The position numbers and the translations under genes are program-made. 64,000 nt of DNA from a virus. Positions 18,974-26,693 of this stretch are shown one piece after another. The stretch's first letter is position 1; the number at the start of each line of letters is the position of its first letter. The stretch spans positions 1-64,000 of IMG/VR virus record IMGVR_UViG_3300050010_000483; one strand, 5' to 3'. The notes beneath the pieces are model-generated. The model was not told the origin of the DNA. It saw only the letters and a list, made by a program, of their open reading frames with translations, and ran no database searches.

Positions 18974-20680
18974 ATGAAGAATTTCCCATATACCACATCA
19001 TTTTCTTCGACGGTCAGATGCATGACCTCGAATGAAAAGGATAAGTATCTTTCTTTGGCTTCTTTGACAACTTTACGTCAATTTATTCCCAATATTGATA
19101 CTGCCAGCAATGCTGATTTACTTCCCGTTTCTTTTAATGCCTGTGTGGTTAATAGAGTCAATCGTAATACCGATGTCATTGATACGGCGACGGCTTTGGG
19201 AATGTACAAAAATTTTGTCAACAAACCAATTAATGTCGAACATTCTCGACAGAAGAATATTGGTGTTATTCTTTCGGCGGGTTTTAGTGAATTTGGTTCC
19301 GATAAACCATTAAGTGAATTAGAAGTCTCCAAGATGGATGGGCCGTTTAATATAACATTGGGAGGGGTAATCTGGAAGATAGTTTCTCCTGATTTGGCCG
19401 ATTTAATTGAGGAAGCCAGCGACCCGACCTCTCAAAACTATATGTCTGTTTCAGCCAGTTGGGAACTTGGTTTTACGGGTTATCGTATTGCTCTTTTGGA
19501 GGGTGGAAAGAAAAATCTTAGTGATGCTTCAAAAATTTTGACGGATGAAAAAGAAGTTGAAGCCGCTCAGAATAACCTGATTTCATTGGGTGGAACGGGT
19601 AAATTTCAAGATATGTTTGCTTATCGAATGCCGTCTTATGATGTACTTCCTCTTGGTATTGGATTTACTGAAAAACCAGCCGCCGAAGTAAAAGGCGTTG
19701 CCACAAAAGCCAAAGAAAAAGTGGGTATTGTCGAAAAACCAGCCATCGGTCGTCCATCTGAAAATGATGATGTGGAAAAACCCGCAATTATTCCCGTTTC
19801 TCCTGTTAAAAATGAAGTTGGCATTGTCGAAAAACCAGCCATCGGACGCCCTTCTCAAGAAGCAGGATTAGCTTCTATGACCGAAGAACAAAATAAAATT
19901 TCCCGAACATCACAATTAAATGTAAATCAAGAAAGAAGATTAACTACTATGAAATTCACGTCCATCAAAGACATCACTGATGAAAATTTGAAGCAGGCTA
20001 ATGCGTCCGTTGTCGCCGAGTTTATTGAGTCCGAGCTTACCAAAAGTAGCAAGACGTGGGAAATTCAAAAGGATGCACTTAATACTCAAGTTGCAGAAGC
20101 GACTCGTCAGTCGCAAGAAGCTATAGCGAATCTTATCAAGGTTCAGGGGGAAATGACCGAAGTTAAAAAGCAACTTGATTCTCTTGCGAAAGAAAAGGCA
20201 AACCGCGAAGCTGTTGATAAGTTCAATGCCCGCATGACTCAAGTAGTTGCAAGTTTCGATCTTTCTGACGACGTTCGTGAAGCTTTGGTTGAAGAAATCA
20301 AAGACTTGAAGGATGATGCCTCCTTTGAGAAGTGGTTCTCCAAAGCAAAAGTTATTTTGAAGGGCTATGCCAAGAAAGCTGCTCCCAAGAAAGATGACGG
20401 CAAAGACGGAAAAGACGGCAAAGACGGCAAAGACGGAAAAGATGACAAAGACCAGGATGCCGATGCTGATGACATGGGCAATGACGCCGAAGCCAAAAAG
20501 AAAAAGAAGGATGCCAAAGCCGCCAAAGCCGCCGAAGCAATTGCCGCCGTTGAAAATGCTTTGGATGATGCCGATACTTCCAAGGGCGGTCTACCAAATG
20601 GTGGAGCTTCCGAGAAACCAACATTGAGGCAGCTTGCCGCTCAAGCTTTTGCACACGAAAACATTATCGTCAACCGATAA
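18974..20680 (+). CDS. Prohead protease fused to a scaffold region
   Basis: NRNTD, KPINVEH (His) and SASWE (Ser) motifs of HK97/herpes-type maturation proteases; C-terminal coiled coil with K/D/A low complexity; lies upstream of the capsid genes. The start is taken at ATG 18974, after the promoter motif. Confidence 0.78.
   Translation: MKNFPYTTSFSSTVRCMTSNEKDKYLSLASLTTLRQFIPNIDTASNADLLPVSFNACVVNRVNRNTDVIDTATALGMYKNFVNKPINVEHSRQKNIGVILSAGFSEFGSDKPLSELEVSKMDGPFNITLGGVIWKIVSPDLADLIEEASDPTSQNYMSVSASWELGFTGYRIALLEGGKKNLSDASKILTDEKEVEAAQNNLISLGGTGKFQDMFAYRMPSYDVLPLGIGFTEKPAAEVKGVATKAKEKVGIVEKPAIGRPSENDDVEKPAIIPVSPVKNEVGIVEKPAIGRPSQEAGLASMTEEQNKISRTSQLNVNQERRLTTMKFTSIKDITDENLKQANASVVAEFIESELTKSSKTWEIQKDALNTQVAEATRQSQEAIANLIKVQGEMTEVKKQLDSLAKEKANREAVDKFNARMTQVVASFDLSDDVREALVEEIKDLKDDASFEKWFSKAKVILKGYAKKAAPKKDDGKDGKDGKDGKDGKDDKDQDADADDMGNDAEAKKKKKDAKAAKAAEAIAAVENALDDADTSKGGLPNGGASEKPTLRQLAAQAFAHENIIVNR
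19949..20680 (+). CDS. Putative nested in-frame scaffold protein (MKFTSIKDITD..., 243 aa)
   Basis: In-frame ATG at the start of the coiled-coil region, preceded by TGTAAAT (19921-19927) and an A-rich leader. Confidence 0.5.
   Translation: MKFTSIKDITDENLKQANASVVAEFIESELTKSSKTWEIQKDALNTQVAEATRQSQEAIANLIKVQGEMTEVKKQLDSLAKEKANREAVDKFNARMTQVVASFDLSDDVREALVEEIKDLKDDASFEKWFSKAKVILKGYAKKAAPKKDDGKDGKDGKDGKDGKDDKDQDADADDMGNDAEAKKKKKDAKAAKAAEAIAAVENALDDADTSKGGLPNGGASEKPTLRQLAAQAFAHENIIVNR
20396..20443 (+). repeat. 9-bp coding repeat GACGG(C/A)AAA encoding (DGK)n
   Basis: Five tandem units in the scaffold region. Confidence 0.8.
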
Positions 20681-20710
20681 TACAAACAAAACAAATTTTA
20701 GGATAAAACT

Positions 20711-21313
20711 ATGCCAACACTAAGACCATTCAGAGATTATGATGAAAAAGATGTTCTCAATTTCTTTGCCTACTCAGGTAACGTAATTGATTCAAACTAT
20801 CTTATTTTAGCAAACAAAGGAACTATCTGTACCATTACTGGTATTGGTTTTACTCCTTCAGTCAACGAGCCAATCCAGATGCTCGGTAACTTTGGTTCAT
20901 TTAGCGTCAACAACTTTGTTGCTCAACGTTATGGTGCTACTGCTTTCGTAACAGCCGCCAACCCAGGAACAATTCCTGTCGGCATGACGTTGTTTGATGT
21001 TCGCGAATTGGATGAAAATCAATTGCCTCTCAAATACAACCCCCGCAAAGCTGCTGAAATGGAAGTCGTTATTTCTGGTCAGGTTGTTCCTCTCGTCACT
21101 CGTGGTACATTCATGTACAGCGGTATCCGTGTCTCAGGTAGTGTCCCTGTTACTGCGGGTGCCCCTGCTTATTTGGGTTACAACGGTGAAATCGCAACCT
21201 CTGGTTCTACTGTTATTGGTAAGTTTTTGGGAACGACTGGTGCTTATAGTACGGGTCTTTTCACCGCTTCCGATCAGAGTGCTATCGCTCTTGTCTGGTT
21301 GAACTTGCAATAA
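20711..21313 (+). CDS. Probable capsid decoration/minor head protein
   Basis: 200-aa beta-rich protein between scaffold and major capsid; AGGA RBS; codon style like the capsid gene. Confidence 0.6.
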   Translation: MPTLRPFRDYDEKDVLNFFAYSGNVIDSNYLILANKGTICTITGIGFTPSVNEPIQMLGNFGSFSVNNFVAQRYGATAFVTAANPGTIPVGMTLFDVRELDENQLPLKYNPRKAAEMEVVISGQVVPLVTRGTFMYSGIRVSGSVPVTAGAPAYLGYNGEIATSGSTVIGKFLGTTGAYSTGLFTASDQSAIALVWLNLQ

Positions 21314-21350
21314 TCTGTATTTAATAAAACACAAAAGGAAAAAATAATTT

Positions 21351-22475
21351 ATGCAAATCAAACTAAAGAATACTCAGGAGCAGGTTGAATTGATTAAGGC
21401 CATCGCCTCAAAGGACACTTCAATCGCCCGTCAGGCCACCGAAGCTGTTGCGGCTTTTCTTGGACCAGTCATCCATGAAGTCTTGATGACCGCTGGTACT
21501 GTTTCCAAGATTTACAACGATGTTCCTTATGACGAGGATAGTGACCCATCCATCCCATTGGATTTGTTCTACAATGAAACCTCTGGTTACATTACCGTCT
21601 GGTCTCAGAACATGGCTGGTGGTATGCCAACTTCACAGATTGAAGGCGTTAAGGAACTCAAGTTCGGTTCCTACCGCATTGACTCTGGTGTTTCTTTCAA
21701 CAAAAAATATGCTCGCAAGAGCCGCTTGGATGTCATTTCCAAGGCTATTGAACGCATGGTCAACGAAGTTTTGATTAAGCAGGAACGTAACGGTTGGGCC
21801 GTTGTTCTAAAAGCTCTTGCTGAAGCCAAGACAGCCAACGTTGCTTATGGTCAATTGGGCCACATCATCAACGCTACATCTGCTGGAAATTTCTTGCTTG
21901 CTGACTTGAACGCTCTCTTGGTTCGTATCAAGCGGATCAACGAATCCTACTCTGGTAACACGGCTGTTCAGCCCTACACCAACGGAATTACGGAAATGTA
22001 TATTTCCCCTGAAATTAAGCAGGCTATCCGTGCATTTGCTTACAATCCAATCAATACCTCATCATCTGATTCTAGTGCCGTCGGCGGTATCCGTGGTCAG
22101 TTCTTGTCTGAGAATCTCCGAGATGAGATTTACAAGAATGCTGGGTTGCAGAACATCTATGGTGTCAATTTGATCGAGTTGATCGAATTCGGTGTCAATC
22201 AGAAGTATAATGCGTTGTTCAGCTTGTTCTATAACAACGCTGGTGGGTCCTTTACTCCTGCTACACAACAGATTGCTGTTGGTATTGACAATACTCGCGG
22301 TGCTTTCCTTCGCCCAGTTGCTCGTCAGTCTGAATCGGGTGGTACTTTCAGTGTCATTCCTGATGGTCAGTATGACATGTACGGTAGCCGAGTTGAGAAG
22401 GTTGGCTTCTACGGATTCCTTGATGAATCTCGTGTTTGTTTGGATGCCCGCGCGGTCGCTGGAATAGTAGTTTGA
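21351..22475 (+). CDS. Major capsid protein
   Basis: 374 aa, in the canonical position; strongly biased codons (GCT/GGT/CGT/AAC); AAGGA RBS; followed by an intrinsic terminator. Confidence 0.8.
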   Translation: MQIKLKNTQEQVELIKAIASKDTSIARQATEAVAAFLGPVIHEVLMTAGTVSKIYNDVPYDEDSDPSIPLDLFYNETSGYITVWSQNMAGGMPTSQIEGVKELKFGSYRIDSGVSFNKKYARKSRLDVISKAIERMVNEVLIKQERNGWAVVLKALAEAKTANVAYGQLGHIINATSAGNFLLADLNALLVRIKRINESYSGNTAVQPYTNGITEMYISPEIKQAIRAFAYNPINTSSSDSSAVGGIRGQFLSENLRDEIYKNAGLQNIYGVNLIELIEFGVNQKYNALFSLFYNNAGGSFTPATQQIAVGIDNTRGAFLRPVARQSESGGTFSVIPDGQYDMYGSRVEKVGFYGFLDESRVCLDARAVAGIVV

Positions 22476-22495
22476 AATTAGTTTTACTAATCATA

Positions 22496-22521
22496 GCCCC
22501 ACAGAAATGTGGGGTTTTTTT
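22496..22521 (+). terminator. Rho-independent terminator
   Basis: GCCCCACA-GAAA-TGTGGGGT hairpin plus T-run after the capsid gene. Confidence 0.88.
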
Positions 22522-22541
22522 ATTCACATGAGTTTAATCTT

Positions 22542-22548
22542 GTGTAAT
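22542..22548 (+). promoter_or_regulatory. Putative late promoter GTGTAAT
   Basis: Immediately after the terminator, 10 nt before ATG 22559. Confidence 0.65.
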
Positions 22549-22558
22549 ATATGTCAAT

Positions 22559-23029
22559 ATGAGCGATACAATTCAATTTACATCAACGGTATCTTTAACA
22601 GCAACCCAGTCGGGCCAGTTGGGTGTTAATAATAACAACCCCCAATTTACATTGGACGTTTTTGGCTCAGCAAATGTTAGTGCAAACGAAAATGTTTCTG
22701 GAGCTTTGACTGTTGGAGGAGGAATCATTAATGCTGGTAGTTATATTAATCCCCCACTAATTTTGACTGGTGGCGTAAGTGGTAATGTTGGCGGATATTC
22801 TTATGTGGTAAGTAGCGGTATTGCTGCAAACACTGGATATTTTCCAAATATTGCAACAACTGTTGGTCAAGAAATTTGTATGACAAACAAGGGTGGAACA
22901 TTGCAAGTGACAGGTATTAGTCCAGGAAATCAATTCTTTAATACAGGAATAATTACAAATGGTTTCAATGTAATATCAGGAACCACCCGTTTCTTCTTTA
23001 ATGACGGTACTCACTGGAACGTCCAATAA
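22559..23029 (+). CDS. Small fibre-like virion protein
   Basis: GQLGVNNNNPQFTLDVFGSANVS matches the GxVGIGTxxPxxxLDVxG fibre-shaft motif; ends in DGTHW; monocistronic unit. Confidence 0.65.
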   Translation: MSDTIQFTSTVSLTATQSGQLGVNNNNPQFTLDVFGSANVSANENVSGALTVGGGIINAGSYINPPLILTGGVSGNVGGYSYVVSSGIAANTGYFPNIATTVGQEICMTNKGGTLQVTGISPGNQFFNTGIITNGFNVISGTTRFFFNDGTHWNVQ

Positions 23030-23045
23030 AAAAGTTTTGAAAAAT

Positions 23046-23072
23046 AAACCTCACAGAAATGTGAGGTTTTTT
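23046..23072 (+). terminator. Rho-independent terminator
   Basis: AAACCTCACA-GAAA-TGTGAGGTTT plus T-run; same CACAGAAATGTG core as 22496. Confidence 0.88.
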
Positions 23073-23104
23073 ATTATTTATATCTAAAATCCATATAATA
23101 ATAT

Positions 23105-23455
23105 ATGAAAGCAAAAAAACAGGCAATAGAATGTCACGGCAAAGTTGAAAATTTTGAAGCCACTACTTTGGAACAAGTTTGGGCTGGCAACAATGAACTT
23201 TCTCGTTACGGTACAACTGACGCCTCTGTTTACGAAGAACGGTTGAACAACATGACTCGTGTTGATCTTGAACATGAGGCGCGTATGAAAGGCAGTATTA
23301 TCGTTGCCGAAACAACGCGTATCAAGGATCGTTTGATGGCTGATTTCCGTTCTTATGTTTCTCTTTTGAGAAAACCAGTATCTCAGGCTGTTACAATGCG
23401 GGCTGATCATGCCATGCAAGCTGCCGCCCTGAAAGTTTTGTCCGAAGGACGTTAA
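23105..23455 (+). CDS. Hypothetical protein (116 aa)
   Basis: Clean ORF filling the gap; helical and charged. Confidence 0.75.
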   Translation: MKAKKQAIECHGKVENFEATTLEQVWAGNNELSRYGTTDASVYEERLNNMTRVDLEHEARMKGSIIVAETTRIKDRLMADFRSYVSLLRKPVSQAVTMRADHAMQAAALKVLSEGR

Positions 23456-23471
23456 CTACTGCCATGAAAGC

Positions 23472-23478
23472 GTGTAAT
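23472..23478 (+). promoter_or_regulatory. Putative late promoter GTGTAAT
   Basis: 7 nt upstream of ATG 23486. Confidence 0.6.
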
Positions 23479-23485
23479 TCATGGT

Positions 23486-25606
23486 ATGTCACAGGAAAGT
23501 CTTGTACGGCTAAAGCAGATTAATAATCCAGAACTCTCTGGATATATCCTGAGTGTTGTTACACAGGGCAGTCAAGCTGCTGGGCTACAATATTTTCGAC
23601 TCAGCAGCCCATCTGCTGGAACGTTCTTATACGATTCTACCAATAATTTCTACGAGCAGGGATTTCAATTTGGTTATCCTTCAAATATCTTTCTTATAGA
23701 TTTTTATGGTACGAGTAATATTGCTCCTGTTCCATATGGAAAACCATATATTTACGGATTTGACATCTACGGTGGAGCAATTTTTTCAAGTGGTAATCGG
23801 GTAATTACCACTGTTGACACGGGAAATTTTATTTCCTATGGACAATTGTTACGTACGAGTGGCAGTCTTGTCAATACCCTTTTAAAGTACTGTTACCCTA
23901 ATTTACCGACGAGTGTTACCAACGGAAATATTGAAAATACTTTTCTTCCCTATGGAATTGATCTTAATAATGAGTGGTTGATTGGCGACGATACAATTCC
24001 TTCTATTGACTGGCAAAATAGAGTATTGTCGGGTGACTGGAATGTCCAGTCTCTTACAATTGGTGGACAGCCCGTTACAACTGGTGGACAAAATATCACT
24101 GGTGATTTTATTACAACGGGACAAACGGGAATTTTCGCACCAGAAAATATTGGTCTACCAACTGTGGGATACTATGGTTCTCAGTCTAATGGTTCGACCG
24201 CGGGACTCACCGCTGGTCTTCGTCACGAAGATGCCCTTGATCAGATTGATTTGATTTTGGGACTATTGGCTCCTGCGAAACCATTAAATCTTTCTCAATC
24301 AACGTTTTTGCTAACGGGCAGAACTTACTCGGCATACATGCAGGGCTCAAATACTTTAGTTAGTAATGTTGTGAATAATTTCCGTTTTACGGGATATGCG
24401 ACGGGTTTCTATAATGGCGCAGCGGGCACACTATCGGGTTTCATTAATGGAATTTTGACGGGGCAGGATATTCTGACTACTGGAAATGATGTCGGTAATT
24501 ATACGGGCCTGACTATTACTACTGATGCTGATTATTGGGGTGGAACATTTGGTAAGGCTGGATTTTGGTATTATTTGAATGCTCAAGTTAGTCCCATTTC
24601 ACCATTAAACAGCGGTATGTTTACAACTCAATTAGTTCATTCTCAGACTGGACCCACAAACATTATCACTGGTTATTGTGATTTTTCTCAAACAGCAAAA
24701 ACAGTTTTGAATACTTTTAACACGGGAACGGCAACAACCCGCATGACTGATGGGGTAATTTCACTGGCCCCAAATGATCAAGTTCTAATTAATTTCAATG
24801 TATTAAGCGGGGTTGGAGCTTTTTATGCAAATCCAATTGCCCAAGCCTCTTGTTCTCAATTGTCAACAGTTAACGTCGCTCCAACAGGGGCACCTGCAAG
24901 TGGAACAACTTTAGTTTTATCCACAGTTTTAACGGCGGCCAATAATGCCTACACAACTGGTGCGACTATTAATTTGACGGCATATAATTCCGCTGGTCAA
25001 TCTTTTTCCATTGCAAATCAAACAAATGTCCGTGTTGATACAGTTTCCAATCAACAGGCTCAAAGAACAACCGCTGGTTCAGGATTGTATCCTACTATTG
25101 GATTTAATGCATTATACAACAACAATATCAGTATAAGCGGCAATGAAGAACTTCAAATGATTAATGGGGCTTTACAATATCCTCCATCAGTTGACTATAG
25201 AATTTATCTTCCATCAGGAGTAAACTATACCAATTTACCAGCGGGTACCTACTTGGGATATCGTTGGGCCATGTTTAACATGGGTCAAGTTACAAACGCT
25301 TCAAACGTCCAAGTAACATTCAATAATGCAAATAATTTTGGAAGTTCTGCCATCGTCAGTGATCTTTTGTTGTACGTACAAGTTTCAGGACAAACGGCTG
25401 GATGGATTAATGGTAATTCTGCTTATCCTGGGGTTGGTAATCCAACTAACAATGGAGATTCAGCTTTGGTAGTTGCTTTAAGCTTAAGTACCGTTAAACT
25501 GATTACGTTTGGTTCAGTTTCATTGACTGGTCCCGTGTATATTAGAGTTGGAATTCCAAGCGGTAGTAATAAGAATTTTTCATCTATAAGTTTAGTACAA
25601 GTATAA
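23486..25606 (+). CDS. Virion fibre/structural protein
   Basis: S/T/N/G-rich. The N-terminus resembles that of 9921..12164, and about 105 aa are shared with the next gene. Confidence 0.7.
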   Translation: MSQESLVRLKQINNPELSGYILSVVTQGSQAAGLQYFRLSSPSAGTFLYDSTNNFYEQGFQFGYPSNIFLIDFYGTSNIAPVPYGKPYIYGFDIYGGAIFSSGNRVITTVDTGNFISYGQLLRTSGSLVNTLLKYCYPNLPTSVTNGNIENTFLPYGIDLNNEWLIGDDTIPSIDWQNRVLSGDWNVQSLTIGGQPVTTGGQNITGDFITTGQTGIFAPENIGLPTVGYYGSQSNGSTAGLTAGLRHEDALDQIDLILGLLAPAKPLNLSQSTFLLTGRTYSAYMQGSNTLVSNVVNNFRFTGYATGFYNGAAGTLSGFINGILTGQDILTTGNDVGNYTGLTITTDADYWGGTFGKAGFWYYLNAQVSPISPLNSGMFTTQLVHSQTGPTNIITGYCDFSQTAKTVLNTFNTGTATTRMTDGVISLAPNDQVLINFNVLSGVGAFYANPIAQASCSQLSTVNVAPTGAPASGTTLVLSTVLTAANNAYTTGATINLTAYNSAGQSFSIANQTNVRVDTVSNQQAQRTTAGSGLYPTIGFNALYNNNISISGNEELQMINGALQYPPSVDYRIYLPSGVNYTNLPAGTYLGYRWAMFNMGQVTNASNVQVTFNNANNFGSSAIVSDLLLYVQVSGQTAGWINGNSAYPGVGNPTNNGDSALVVALSLSTVKLITFGSVSLTGPVYIRVGIPSGSNKNFSSISLVQV

Positions 25607-25607
25607 T

Positions 25608-26687
25608 ATGCCCAGTATCACACAAATTGCCGACATTTTATTCAAAAAATGGATGGGCCTTGGCGACACTCAATCGGGAAGACAGTTCTTTAATGAACCG
25701 ATTCGTGGACGTGTGTTCGTGGTTAATTCACAAATTTGGGGACAATCTAACCAAATTCCAAATACCGCTCCAACAAGTTCGTCTGGTATTGTTCAATATG
25801 TCACGGAATATCCGCTAACTGCTGTAGTTGGCACCACAAACTCTTTTTCTGGCGCATTGTTACAAAATACAATTCCATTCAACTGGGGTGATGGAACAAG
25901 CTACAATTACAAACTTTACGATAGCACTTATTCCCAAATTGCTTTTGGCGTAAATGATTGGACGGTAGACACGGAGGCGGGAATTTTAATGTTTAACAAT
26001 GGTGTGCCGCCAAACATGCCTCCATTGATAACGTTTTATCGTTACAGTGGAGTTATAGGCATAAACACTGGCAACTTTATAACAACAGAACAAACAGGAA
26101 ATTTCATTTCATCTGGACAATTATTAAGTGCAAGCGGCGATCTTGTCAATACTATTTCAATGTATGGTAACTCTAGTTTGCCGATAGGTTGCGTTACTAG
26201 TGGAAATCTTGAAAACACTTTTCTTCCCTATGGAATTAATCTTAATAATGAGTGGTTGATTGGTAACAATACACTTCCTTCTGTTGACTGGCAAAATAGA
26301 ATATTATCGGGCGACTGGAACGCCCAGTCTCTTACCGTTGGTGGACAACCAATTACAACTGGTGGACAAAATATCACTGGTGATTTTATAACATCGGCAC
26401 AAACAGGTCAATTTTATTCTTCAGCTAATCCATCAGGATTTTTAACAAAGAACAATGTGTACTCATTCAAAACAACACTAATAAGCGGGATTAATAGTCA
26501 AACCATTTCATACGGGCAGACTTTTGTCACTCCACCATTGGAAGTTTCATGTACGTTTCAAAATGACGTGGACAATTATGTTTACAGCTACGCTATTTCC
26601 AGTGTAAATACAAGTGGATTTATTATCGGATTTTCCGATTATTTGTCGAATGGCGGATATATCCTTAATACTCAAATCAACTTTTAA
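25608..26687 (+). CDS. Virion fibre/structural protein
   Basis: Contains the duplicated ENTFLPYGI.LNNEWLIG...DWQNR.LSGDWN module; the C-terminal domain resembles small fibre-tip beta domains. Confidence 0.7.
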   Translation: MPSITQIADILFKKWMGLGDTQSGRQFFNEPIRGRVFVVNSQIWGQSNQIPNTAPTSSSGIVQYVTEYPLTAVVGTTNSFSGALLQNTIPFNWGDGTSYNYKLYDSTYSQIAFGVNDWTVDTEAGILMFNNGVPPNMPPLITFYRYSGVIGINTGNFITTEQTGNFISSGQLLSASGDLVNTISMYGNSSLPIGCVTSGNLENTFLPYGINLNNEWLIGNNTLPSVDWQNRILSGDWNAQSLTVGGQPITTGGQNITGDFITSAQTGQFYSSANPSGFLTKNNVYSFKTTLISGINSQTISYGQTFVTPPLEVSCTFQNDVDNYVYSYAISSVNTSGFIIGFSDYLSNGGYILNTQINF

Positions 26688-26693
26688 TAAATT

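Noticed and set aside
20352-20654. Alternative-frame and antisense ORFs over the DGK repeat, and the many 60-185 aa ORFs nested in large genes
   Set aside because: They are shadows of low-complexity or codon-biased coding sequence, with no independent signals.
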